NCBI RefSeq assembly: GCF_003612065.1 | Contig: NZ_RAWD01000050.1 | Span: forward strand, 1 to 36,692 | Source: Corallococcus sp. CA047B | Lineage (GTDB): Bacteria; Myxococcota; Myxococcia; Myxococcales; Myxococcaceae | Direction: 5' to 3' | DNA: 36,692 bases | In this document: piece after piece, positions 24,791-33,487 of the stretch | How the letters are laid out: the number at the start of each line of letters is the position of its first letter | Position numbering within the stretch: position 1 is the stretch's first letter | Program-made: the position numbers and the translations under genes | Notes under the pieces: model-generated | Databases searched by the model: none | What the model saw: only the letters and a program-made list of their open reading frames with translations | What the model was told of the DNA's origin: nothing

Positions 24791-25617
24791 GCGGAGAGCT
24801 CCGCGCGTTCCTTCGCGCGCTGGATGCCAATGGACACGGCCTCGCCCACGACGCGTGAGAGCCCGTGGATCTCCAGCGCTTCCAGCCCCGCCACGGTGAT
24901 GCCGCCCGGGGTCGCCACCTCGGCGATGAGGCCCGTGGTGGTGGCGCCGGGTTCGGCCAGGAGCTTCGCCGCGCCAATCAGCGTGCCCCTCGCGAGTGCC
25001 GCCGCCTCCGTGGCCTCCATCCCATGGGCCATCGCGGCCTGGGCCAGCGCCTCCACGAAGCGGAACACATACGCGGGGCCCGTGCCGGACACACCGGTGC
25101 AGACCGTGAGCTGCTCCTCCGTCACCCACAACGGCTGGCCCGTCGCCGCGAACAGGGTGTCGGTCGCCTGCCGCGCGGCCTCCGTGACCCGCGTGCCCTC
25201 CGTGAGCGGTGTCAGCCCCGCGCCCACGCCCACCGGGGTGTGCGGCATGGCCCGGATGACGGCGACCGTGGACGGCAGCGCCGCTTCCAACTGCGCGAGG
25301 CGCACGTCCGAGGACAGCGACACCACCACCTGGCCTGGCTCCAGCGCGGGGGCGATGAGCGCCATCACCTCCGCCATCTGCGCCTGTCGCACCGCGAGCA
25401 TCACCACCGCCGCGCCGCGCACCGCCTGGGCGTTGTCGGTGAGGACGTGCACGCCGTGCCGGGAGCGCAGCTCCTCGCCCCGTTCGGGCCGGCGCACGGT
25501 GACGCGGAGGTCGGACGGGCTCACCTGTCCGGAGCGCAGCAGCCCCTTGATGATGGCTTCCGCGAGCTTTCCTCCACCAAGGAGGACGATGGGTGTGGGG
25601 ACGGGATGGGACGCCAT
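24772..25617 (-). CDS. proC: pyrroline-5-carboxylate reductase
   Basis: IVLLGGGKLAEAI (NADP-binding GxGxxA)...AMPHTP...VATPGGITVAGL are P5CR signatures, 281 aa. Its 3' end overlaps the convergent ArsR gene by 19 bp. Confidence 0.85.
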   Translation of the reverse strand: MASHPVPTPIVLLGGGKLAEAIIKGLLRSGQVSPSDLRVTVRRPERGEELRSRHGVHVLTDNAQAVRGAAVVMLAVRQAQMAEVMALIAPALEPGQVVVSLSSDVRLAQLEAALPSTVAVIRAMPHTPVGVGAGLTPLTEGTRVTEAARQATDTLFAATGQPLWVTEEQLTVCTGVSGTGPAYVFRFVEALAQAAMAHGMEATEAAALARGTLIGAAKLLAEPGATTTGLIAEVATPGGITVAGLEALEIHGLSRVVGEAVSIGIQRAKERAELSAHSAPK

Positions 25618-25641
25618 GGCGGGCAGTCTACTCCTAGAACT

Positions 25642-26184
25642 TCACGCCCACGGTGGTGCGAAGCTGGGTGTCCATCGCCGGCACCGTCGCGGGGGGGCGC
25701 TGTCGTAGGTGAGGTTGAAGCCGATGCCCACCGTGCCGAAGGTGAGCCCGGTGGCCTCCTCGTTGAACAGCACGAAGCGTGGCCCGGCACCCAGGAGGGC
25801 TCGCAACCGGAGCCGGCGGAACTCGTTGTATTCGTGCTGGACGAACGCCTCGCCGGACACGCGCTCCGTGAAACGCCTCCGGAAGCGCACGTGCTCCAGG
25901 ACCTGGCTGACGATGCGCTCGCCGCTGGCGAAGGAGTACTCGCCCCGGATGACGCCCAGCCAGACGTTGCGCTCGGAGCGGAGCTGCCCCACCAGCGAGC
26001 CGCGCACGGAGAACAGCTGCGTGCTGCCCGTGCGCCAGTCGCCACCCAGTTCGATCGCGGCCGCCGGTCCCAGCTCCGCCTTCTCGTCGAAGAGCGCCTG
26101 CACGTTGACGATCTGCGCGGACGCGCTGCCCGCCAGGAGCAGCCCCGCCAGCACCCCCCACCCGACCTTCTTCGCGTGATTCAT
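25642..26184 (-). CDS. putative outer-membrane beta-barrel protein, apparently frameshifted near the C-terminus
   Basis: MNHAKKVGWGVLAGLLLAGSASAQ signal peptide with alternating beta-strand-like sequence. As read, the product ends ...YDSAPPRRCRRWTPSFAPPWA. Adding one base to the C7/G7 run at 25691-25697 gives ...YDSAPPATVPAMDTQLRTTVGVKF*, ending at 25635 with the classic OMP C-terminal Phe. Confidence 0.55.
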   Translation of the reverse strand: MNHAKKVGWGVLAGLLLAGSASAQIVNVQALFDEKAELGPAAAIELGGDWRTGSTQLFSVRGSLVGQLRSERNVWLGVIRGEYSFASGERIVSQVLEHVRFRRRFTERVSGEAFVQHEYNEFRRLRLRALLGAGPRFVLFNEEATGLTFGTVGIGFNLTYDSAPPRRCRRWTPSFAPPWA

Positions 26185-26340
26185 GCCTGCCTGCTGTGCC
26201 TGCTCGGAGCCGCTCGTTCAACCCCGTTGTGGGAGAAAGGACGGTGACGGGCCATGGGCGGGCCCGGCCATGCTTCCACCGGAGCCGTTGTGCGGGCGGC
26301 AGCCTCTTGATGGCGCCCGCGCGGACCGCCAGCTTTCAAC

Positions 26341-26358
26341 TGGGATGATCTCATCCCA
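26341..26358. promoter_or_regulatory. perfect 8-bp inverted repeat (TGGGATGA-TC-TCATCCCA), candidate operator upstream of the sHSP gene
   Basis: Perfect palindrome ~65 bp upstream of the sHSP ATG, in the divergent OMP/sHSP intergenic region. A -35-like TTCAAC lies immediately 5' of it. Confidence 0.35.
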
Positions 26359-26423
26359 CTTCGATTGGAGGGGACTGCCCGACGGGCCAGAGGCCGGCCG
26401 GGCCGCTCTCCGAGGAGGCTGTC

Positions 26424-27092
26424 ATGGCAACCGAAAACGTGAAGGCCGGGGGCTCCGGGGGCTCGAGCACCCCACGGGCTGGGACCCAGGGAACGGAGCA
26501 ACCCAGGCAGGCCGACGTCCCACGCGAAACCGCTCCCACCCGCGCTTCCTCCAGGGGCTCGGGAATCTCGCGCCGCGAAGCGCAGGTCCCCGCCGTCCAG
26601 AGGGGAGGCATCTCCCAGAGTCCATTCGGGTTCTTCCGCCGGATGATGGAGGACATGGATCAGCTCTTCATGGACTTCGGGATGGGACGCGGCCTCGGCC
26701 TCCGGAGCGGAGGCGACGTGGAGTTCGGCACCTGGTCGCCGCAGGTGGACGTGGTGGAGCGGGACGGAAACCTCCTGGTGAGGGCCGACCTGCCCGGGAT
26801 GAAGCAGGAGGACATCCAGGTCGAGGTGCGCGAGGACCTGCTCATCCTCGAAGGTGAACGGAACTTCGAGCAGGAGGAGGAGCAGGAAGGCATCTGGCGC
26901 ATGGAGCGCGACTTCGGCTCATTCCAGCGCGTCGTACCGCTCCCGGAAGGCATCGACACGGAATCCATCCAGGCCCGGTTCGAGGATGGCGTCCTGGAGG
27001 TCTCCATGAAGCTGCCGCAAGCCAGGGCCCTGGGCCGGCGCATCGAAGTGAAGGGTGGCGCCAAGGGCGCTCCGAAGAAGCCCATCCACTGA
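26424..27092 (+). CDS. Hsp20/alpha-crystallin family small heat-shock protein with a long disordered N-terminus
   Basis: GGAGG 5 nt upstream of the ATG. The alpha-crystallin domain is SPQVDVVERDGNLLVRADLPGMKQEDIQVEVREDLLILEGER...FQRVVPLPEGIDTESIQARFEDGVLEVSMKLP. Confidence 0.85.
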   Translation: MATENVKAGGSGGSSTPRAGTQGTEQPRQADVPRETAPTRASSRGSGISRREAQVPAVQRGGISQSPFGFFRRMMEDMDQLFMDFGMGRGLGLRSGGDVEFGTWSPQVDVVERDGNLLVRADLPGMKQEDIQVEVREDLLILEGERNFEQEEEQEGIWRMERDFGSFQRVVPLPEGIDTESIQARFEDGVLEVSMKLPQARALGRRIEVKGGAKGAPKKPIH

Positions 27093-27119
27093 AGGGCCCC
27101 GCGCTTGACGGCGACCGAA

Positions 27120-27143
27120 GGGCGGAGCATGCCTCCGCCTTTC
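27120..27143 (+). terminator. putative intrinsic terminator after the sHSP gene
   Basis: GGCGGAG-CATGC-CTCCGCC (7-bp GC stem) followed by TTTC. Confidence 0.4.
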
Positions 27144-27172
27144 AGCGCCCCTTTCTTCGCTCGGAGTGCCCC

Positions 27173-28060
27173 ATGCAGGTGCAGATCATCGATGCCTTCA
27201 CCCAGACCCCGGGGCAGGGAAACCGGGCAGGGGTGATGCTCGACGCGTCCTCGCTCGATGTCCCCACGATGCAGCGGATCGCCGCCGTGGTGGGGGCCTC
27301 GGAGACGGCCTTCGTCCTGTCCCGGCCGGAGGACCCCACGGTGCGCCTGCGCTACTTCACGCCCGTGGATGAGATTCCCTTCTGTGGTCACGCCACCGTC
27401 GCCACCTTCCACCTGCTCGCGGAGAAGGGGCTGCTGCGAAGCCCGGGCACCTACCGCCTGGAGTGCCCCGCCGGCATGTTCGACATCGAACTGGAGCCCC
27501 GGGGCCCGCGCGGGACGCAGGTCTGGATCGTCACCCCCCAGCCCGCGGCGCAGCCCAGCCCCGTGTCGTTGGAGGCGCTGATGCCCCTGCTGGGTGGCAC
27601 GGTGGCGCAGGTGGACACGGGACTGCCGGTGATCCGCCAGGGCCACCGGCTGGTGGTGCCCCTGAGGCGCAGGGAGGACCTGGAAGCGCTGGCCCCCAGG
27701 GGCGCGGCGATGAACGCCCTGTTGATGCCGCACGGGGTGCGGGGCGTGTATCTCTTCACGCGGGACGCGAAGGAGGAGGGCAGCGTGGCGCAGGCGCGCT
27801 ACTTCGTCCCGGGCTTCGGCATCCTGGAGGATCCCGTGACGGGCTCCGCCGCGGGCCCGCTGGCGGCCTACCTCGCGGAGCACGGCGTCCTGCGCCTGCC
27901 GGAGCAGGGCGGCACCGTGAGCAGCCGCATCGAACAGGGAGACACCCTGGGCAAGCCGGGCCGCATCGACATCGAAGTCACTGGCAGGCCGGGCCGCATC
28001 GAGCGCGCCCGCGTCGGTGGCGTGGCCCTCACCGTGATGGAGGCCACGATCGTCGCGTAG
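27173..28060 (+). CDS. PhzF-family (phenazine biosynthesis-like) isomerase
   Basis: MQVQIIDAFTQTPGQGNRAGVM...SETAFVL...FFTPVDEIPFCGHATVA matches the PhzF/YddE family N-terminus and fold pattern, 295 aa. Confidence 0.8.
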   Translation: MQVQIIDAFTQTPGQGNRAGVMLDASSLDVPTMQRIAAVVGASETAFVLSRPEDPTVRLRYFTPVDEIPFCGHATVATFHLLAEKGLLRSPGTYRLECPAGMFDIELEPRGPRGTQVWIVTPQPAAQPSPVSLEALMPLLGGTVAQVDTGLPVIRQGHRLVVPLRRREDLEALAPRGAAMNALLMPHGVRGVYLFTRDAKEEGSVAQARYFVPGFGILEDPVTGSAAGPLAAYLAEHGVLRLPEQGGTVSSRIEQGDTLGKPGRIDIEVTGRPGRIERARVGGVALTVMEATIVA

Positions 28061-28325
28061 GGCATGTGGGTGTCACGCCAGCAAGCCGCTGCGGGCATTC
28101 TGTGTTTGGGAAACACCCGCGCGATACGGCCGCCAACATCGCGTGCGCGAGCCCTGGACTTTCGCGGCCGGTCGGGTCGCGCCAGGGGCGAAGACGACCC
28201 AGATTCCAACGCAACCCTGTGCAGGTAGCTTCGCGCCGCGCTCCTTTCGACGCTTCCCTGGAGGTGCCCTGCACCCGGGAGCTGGAAGAGGAGCCGCGCC
28301 CGTTCCGAAATCGAAAGAGGCTCGT

Positions 28326-29558
28326 ATGAAGTCAGAAGCACGGCAGTGGTGGGGGTGGATGCTCTTCGTGGTCAGCGCCGTGATGGTGGGCTGTGGGGGC
28401 GAGCCGTCCGCCTCCGGTGCCACCCAGGAGGCACGGACGCAGCCACTGGCGTTGAGGACCGCCAGCAACCGCCTCACGCAAGGGGGCCGGATCGCCGCCG
28501 GCTGGTACCACTCCGTGGCCGTGCTGGAGGACGACACCGTGTGGGCCTGGGGCGAGAACACCTTCGGCCAGGTGGGCGACGGGACGAACGCGACCCGGAG
28601 CTCGCCGATGCAGGTGGCGGAGCTGACGGGTGTCACGCAGGTGAGCGGGGGCGCCTACCACTCGGTGGCGTTGAAGGCGGATGGCACCGTGTGGACCTGG
28701 GGCTACAACGTCTATGGCCAGCTCGGTGACAGGACGACCTTCGCGCGCAACGCGCCGGTGCAGGTGGACGGCCTCACGGAGGTCACCGCCCTCGCGGCGG
28801 GGGGCTACCACTCGGTGGCCTTGAAGGCGGACGGCACGGTGTGGACCTGGGGCTACAACGGCTACGGCCAGCTCGGGGATGGGACGGACACGGAGCGCGC
28901 CCAGGCCCTTCAGGTGCCGGACCTCACGGGAATCACTTCCATCGCCACGGGGCGCAACCACGTGCTGGCGTTGAAGGAAGACGGCACGGTGTGGATCTGG
29001 GGCGACAACACGTTTGGCCAGTTGGGTGACGGGACGACGGTGCACCGACGTTCACCGGTGGAGGTGCAGGGCCTGACGGGCGTCACGGGCGTCTTCGCTG
29101 GCATCTTCCACTCGTTCGCCGTGAGACAGGACGGCACGGTGTGGGCCTGGGGCTACAACGTCTATGGACAGCTCGGAGATGGGACGACCCTGGAGCGCCA
29201 TGCGCCCGTGCAGGTGTTGGACCTCACGGACGTCACGGCCCTGGCCGCGGGGGGCTTTCACACGCTGGCCCTGAAGCAGGACGGCACGGTGCGGGCCTGG
29301 GGCTACAACGGCTACGGCCAGCTCGGGGATGGCACCGACAATGAGCGCAGTAGGGCCGCGCTGGTGCCGGACCTCACGGGCGTCACGACCGTGGCCGCTG
29401 GCTACAATCACTCGCTCGCCGTGAATGCGGACGGCACGGTGTGGACCTGGGGCTACAACGATTACGGCCAACTGGGTGACGGGACGACCGTGCACCGACG
29501 TTCGCCGGTGGAGGTGCCTGGACTGGCGGGCGCTGAAAACGCACTCCAGGGTCCCTGA
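28326..29558 (+). CDS. RCC1-repeat (regulator of chromosome condensation-like) beta-propeller lipoprotein
   Basis: MKSEARQWWGWMLFVVSAVMVGCGG signal plus lipobox, with AAGAGG RBS. Seven consecutive ~52-aa RCC1 repeats (GxYHSVALKADGTVWTWGYNxYGQLGDGT...PVQVxGLTGV). Confidence 0.85.
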   Translation: MKSEARQWWGWMLFVVSAVMVGCGGEPSASGATQEARTQPLALRTASNRLTQGGRIAAGWYHSVAVLEDDTVWAWGENTFGQVGDGTNATRSSPMQVAELTGVTQVSGGAYHSVALKADGTVWTWGYNVYGQLGDRTTFARNAPVQVDGLTEVTALAAGGYHSVALKADGTVWTWGYNGYGQLGDGTDTERAQALQVPDLTGITSIATGRNHVLALKEDGTVWIWGDNTFGQLGDGTTVHRRSPVEVQGLTGVTGVFAGIFHSFAVRQDGTVWAWGYNVYGQLGDGTTLERHAPVQVLDLTDVTALAAGGFHTLALKQDGTVRAWGYNGYGQLGDGTDNERSRAALVPDLTGVTTVAAGYNHSLAVNADGTVWTWGYNDYGQLGDGTTVHRRSPVEVPGLAGAENALQGP

Positions 29559-29751
29559 ATCCAGCGAGCGCCTGTCCGCGTCGCGCGCGGGATGCGGGAA
29601 CCCGAGCTGAAGCGCGGGCTCGGCGGTCACGATGCCAGCTCGCTCTCTTGGCGAGGGTGCCGGGCCCGCCCGGGTGCCGTGCGCCCTCGGGAGAACGACA
29701 GGCCGGGCTTTGAGCGGCGGGGGGCTCGGGCGAGACTGGAGGGCGGTGCCC

Positions 29752-30840
29752 ATGCCCTCCACTTCACCCACCCTGCGACAGTGCCTGGACGGCAGGCGCA
29801 ACAATCTGGACTTCATCCGGTTCGTGGCCGCGGTGGGCGTCATCTTCTCGCACGCGTTCCCCCTGGGACAGGGTGCGGGAACGCCGGAACCGTTCGAGGC
29901 GCTGACCCGCGGGCAGATGACGCTGGGCCGGCTGTGCGTGGCGGTGTTCCTGCTCATCAGCGGCGTGCTCATCACCCAGAGCTACGAGCGCTCGCCGAGC
30001 ATGGCCCGTTACCTGTGGGCGCGGGCGCTGCGAATCTTCCCAGGGCTGGCGTGCGTGTTGTTGGCGACCGTGTTCCTGCTCGGGCCCGCGCTGACGGAGC
30101 TGCCCCTGGCGGGCTACTTCCAGTCGCCGGAGACGTATCTCTATCTCCAGCGCAACCTCGCCCTGTACCAGCCGCAGTGGAACCTGCCCGGCGTCTTCCA
30201 CGGCAACGCCTACCCGGACGCGGTGAATGGCTCGCTGTGGACGCTGCTGTACGAAGTGGGGTTCTACCTGCTGGTCGCGGGGCTGGGCGTGGTGGGGCTG
30301 CTGCGGCGCCAGGTGGCCCTGGTGGCCTGGGCGGTGGCGGCGCTGGTGCCCTTCGTGCCGCGCGTGGGCCCCCGGCTGAACCTCTGGCCGGAGCTGTATC
30401 TCTACTTCGGCGGTGGCCTGTTGCTGTACCTGTTCCGGGAGCGGCTGCGGATGAGCCCCTGGCTGGCGCTGGGCTGCGTGGGAGTGCTGGTGGCGACCGC
30501 GCGCTGGGGCGGCCTGAAGTACGCCGTGGGGAGCTGTGGCACGTACCTGGTGCTGTACCTGGCCTTCCTGCCGAGCCGCCTCTCAAGCTTCGCGCGCCAC
30601 GGAGACTTCTCCTACGGCGTGTATGTCTATGCGTTCCCCGTGCAGCAGACCGTGACCTGGCTGATGGGTGGCTCCGTGGCGTGGTGGGTGAACGCGACGC
30701 TGTCGCTGCCCGTGGTGGTGCTGCTCGCGGCGCTCTCCTGGCATCTGGTGGAGAAGCGGGCCCTCCGGCTGAAGAACTCGCCTCCGGTGTTCGGGTTCAT
30801 GGCCCGTTTCTCTTTCGGGAGTTTTCGCCGACGTGGGTGA
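29752..30840 (+). CDS. membrane acyltransferase family 3 (OafA-like O-acyltransferase)
   Basis: NLDFIRFVAAVGVIFSHAF is the conserved Acyltransf_3 N-terminal motif. About 10 predicted TM helices over 362 aa. Start at the ATG at 29752 inside ORF 29632..30840. Confidence 0.8.
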   Translation: MPSTSPTLRQCLDGRRNNLDFIRFVAAVGVIFSHAFPLGQGAGTPEPFEALTRGQMTLGRLCVAVFLLISGVLITQSYERSPSMARYLWARALRIFPGLACVLLATVFLLGPALTELPLAGYFQSPETYLYLQRNLALYQPQWNLPGVFHGNAYPDAVNGSLWTLLYEVGFYLLVAGLGVVGLLRRQVALVAWAVAALVPFVPRVGPRLNLWPELYLYFGGGLLLYLFRERLRMSPWLALGCVGVLVATARWGGLKYAVGSCGTYLVLYLAFLPSRLSSFARHGDFSYGVYVYAFPVQQTVTWLMGGSVAWWVNATLSLPVVVLLAALSWHLVEKRALRLKNSPPVFGFMARFSFGSFRRRG

Positions 30841-31002
30841 GCTGAAGTCATCGCGGACCGGTGTGGCGTCCCCCTGACCCAGCGGCGTGATGGGTGCACG
30901 GTCGGTAAGGTCGCCGACTCCCTTTTCTGGTGATCCTCCGGATACGTCTCCGCGGCGACGCCTGGGAAGGAGTCCATCGAATACCGCGTGCGGAGAAACA
31001 CG

Positions 31003-33378
31003 ATGTCTCAAGAGCGAAGAAGCAGGCTGTTCTGTCTGGCTGTGGGCCTGATGGTCGCGCTGGCCGGGTGCGTCTCCGAGGATGCGTCCGGAAGCGCGCA
31101 GGTGGTGGTGACGCTGCCTCAGGGGCTGAGTGCCAGTGATGTGGTGCGGGTGGAGTTGACGGTGAGCGGAGAGGGGATGACCGCTCGCACCGACGCGCTG
31201 GTGAAGACGGGCGCCCAGTGGGGCGGCGTGCTGGGAAAGCTTCCTGAGGGAGAGGGGCGCACCTTCCATGGAGAGGCTTTCGACGCGCAAGGTGCGAGGC
31301 GCTACGAGGGAGAGGCGACGGGTGTCCGAATCTTCACCGGTGAGACGACGGCGGTCGCGCTGGTGCTCCAGGAAGTGAATGCCCCCGCGCCCTTTGAAAA
31401 CACGGCGCCCGTCATCACCTCGCTGGTGGCCAGTCCTTCGACGGTCGGACCGGAGGGGGTGGTGGCGCTCCAGGCGAGCGCGGAGGACTCCGACGCGGAG
31501 GACGACCTCACGTATGCATGGACAGCGAGCGCGGGCAGCTTCAGTTCGCCTGGCAGCCTCACCACGACGTGGGTGGCGCCTTCCGTGCCCGGCGCGGTGG
31601 TGTTGACGTTGACGGTGACGGACTCGAAGGGGGCCTCGGACGCCGTCAGCCTGAGCATCACGGTGACGAGTGGCACGGGGAGCGTGGCCGTCAACGTGAC
31701 GGTGAATACGTGGCCCAGGGTGACAGGGGTGACGGCGATGCCCTCATCCGTGGCGGTGGGGCAGGCCACGTCCGTGACGGCCGTGGCGGGTGATGCGGAT
31801 GGGGACAGCCTGGGCTACCAGTGGACGTCGGATTGCCAGGGCACGTGGACGGATGAGACCTCTCCGAACGCGAGCTTCACGCCGACAGCGCAGCCGCCCA
31901 TGGGAAGCGCGTGCGCCCGGTGTTCGCTGAGGGTGACGGTGGCGGACGGCAGGGGAGGGCAGACAACAGGGACGCTGGGCGTCTGCGTTGGGCCCTCGAC
32001 GCAGGCGCGCTTCCCGCCGGAGGTGGTGGAGACGTTCCAGTCCGTCGTCAGTGTTCCGGCGGAGGGGGGAACCGTCGTCTTCAGGGTGAGGGCGAAGGAC
32101 CCGCAGGACAGCGCGCTCACCTTCGCCTGGGCCACCAACGTGGGGGCGCTGGGGGCGGCCTCCAGCGGCGGTGTGACGAGCGAGGTCCTCTGGACGGCGC
32201 CTTCGTGCATCCCCGAGGGCACGACGCCCGCGGTGACGGTGTCCGTCACCAACGCGCTGGGGCTCTCCTCCAGCGCTTCCTTCGGTCTGCAAGGGGGCAC
32301 GGTCTGCACGGCACCGTCGGGGCGCGTGATTCGAATCGCGGGCTCCTACTACTCCACCATGGCGTTGAAGCAGGACGGCACCGTGTGGACCTGGGGCCGA
32401 AACAATTTTGGCAACCTTGGGGATGGGACGACCGTCAACCGCGACACGCCAGTGCAGGTGCAGGGCCTGACGGGGGTGACTGCCATTGCACCAGGCGACA
32501 CCCACATGCTCGCCCTGAAGCAGGACGGCTCCGTTTGGGCCTGGGGTGACAACGGTGCCTATGAGCTGGGGGACGGGACCACGGTCCCTCGTCCCACCGC
32601 GGGGCCGGTGCCGGGTCTGACGGACGTCGTGGCGATCGCGTCAGGTGGCTATCACTCGCTGGCCTTGAAGCAGGACGGCACCGTGTGGGCCTGGGGCTGG
32701 AATATCGACGGCTCCCTTGGAGACGGCTCGAAGGCCGCGCGCGCGGTTCCGGTCCAGGTGCTGGGGTTGACGGGCGTCGTGACGCTCCGAGCTGGCTGGC
32801 ACCACATGATGGCCGTGAAGCAGGACGGGACCGTGTGGGGCTGGGGGCTCAACTCCAGAGGTCAACTCGGGGACGGGACGACCGCTGAGCGCCTCACGCC
32901 AGTCCAGGTCCAGGGCTTGACGGATGTCGCGGCCATTGTCCCTGCCGCCTACCACACGCTGGCCTTGAAGCAGGATGGCACGGTGTGGGCCTGGGGCTAC
33001 AACGACTACGGACAACTCGGGAATGGGACGACCACCAGCAGCTCCTCGCCAGTGCAGGTGCCGGGCCTGACAGGTGTCGTCGCCCTTGCCGGGGGCCGAT
33101 ACCACTCGCTGGCCCTGAAGCAGGACGGCACCGTGTGGGCCTGGGGTTGGAACCACCGTGGCCAGTTCGGGGATGGGACGACCACCCACCGCGGCGTGCC
33201 AGGACGGGTGCCAGGCCTGACGGGGGTTTCGGCACTCACCGCGGGGCAGCAGTCCACGTTTGCCTTGAAGCAGGACGGCACCGTGTGGGCCTGGGGTGAC
33301 AATGGCTGGGGCGCCCTGGGGGCCGGACCGTCCACGGACCAGCACTCGCCCGTGCAGGTCCACGTGTTGGGGCACTGA
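31003..33378 (+). CDS. lipoprotein with N-terminal Ig-like domains (paralogous to those of the Kelch lipoprotein) and a C-terminal seven-repeat RCC1 beta-propeller
   Basis: MSQERRSRLFCLAVGLMVALAGC lipoprotein signal (ATG at 31003 with GGAG 7 nt upstream; the GTG at 30988 is an alternative start). Ig-like modules are ~60% identical to those of the 15480..17828 protein (NAPAPFENTAPVITSLVASPSTV... vs NVPGPFDNSAPCIDSLVASASTV...). Then seven RCC1 repeats (YHSLALKQDGTVWAWGxNxxGQLGDGT). Confidence 0.85.
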   Translation: MSQERRSRLFCLAVGLMVALAGCVSEDASGSAQVVVTLPQGLSASDVVRVELTVSGEGMTARTDALVKTGAQWGGVLGKLPEGEGRTFHGEAFDAQGARRYEGEATGVRIFTGETTAVALVLQEVNAPAPFENTAPVITSLVASPSTVGPEGVVALQASAEDSDAEDDLTYAWTASAGSFSSPGSLTTTWVAPSVPGAVVLTLTVTDSKGASDAVSLSITVTSGTGSVAVNVTVNTWPRVTGVTAMPSSVAVGQATSVTAVAGDADGDSLGYQWTSDCQGTWTDETSPNASFTPTAQPPMGSACARCSLRVTVADGRGGQTTGTLGVCVGPSTQARFPPEVVETFQSVVSVPAEGGTVVFRVRAKDPQDSALTFAWATNVGALGAASSGGVTSEVLWTAPSCIPEGTTPAVTVSVTNALGLSSSASFGLQGGTVCTAPSGRVIRIAGSYYSTMALKQDGTVWTWGRNNFGNLGDGTTVNRDTPVQVQGLTGVTAIAPGDTHMLALKQDGSVWAWGDNGAYELGDGTTVPRPTAGPVPGLTDVVAIASGGYHSLALKQDGTVWAWGWNIDGSLGDGSKAARAVPVQVLGLTGVVTLRAGWHHMMAVKQDGTVWGWGLNSRGQLGDGTTAERLTPVQVQGLTDVAAIVPAAYHTLALKQDGTVWAWGYNDYGQLGNGTTTSSSSPVQVPGLTGVVALAGGRYHSLALKQDGTVWAWGWNHRGQFGDGTTTHRGVPGRVPGLTGVSALTAGQQSTFALKQDGTVWAWGDNGWGALGAGPSTDQHSPVQVHVLGH

Positions 33379-33385
33379 GACGTCG

Positions 33386-33422
33386 AACGGCCGCCCCGCG
33401 CCCCGTGGGCAGGGCGGCCGTT
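33386..33422. terminator. bidirectional hairpin between convergent genes
   Basis: AACGGCCGCCC-(15 nt)-GGGCGGCCGTT, 11-bp perfect inverted repeat between the stops of the RCC1 lipoprotein (+) and the PQQ-dehydrogenase (-). Confidence 0.45.
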
Positions 33423-33487
33423 GCGTAAGAGGCGTCGTGAGCCACGCGATGCTGTACGTGCGCACGAGTTGAGCGTGGGGCGTCTGG

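Noticed and set aside
28326-33378. Regular ~150-bp nucleotide repeats (possible CRISPR or minisatellite)
   Set aside because: They are the in-frame RCC1 protein repeats (and elsewhere the DAGT linker repeats). No short direct repeats with unique spacers and no cas genes, so this is not a CRISPR array.
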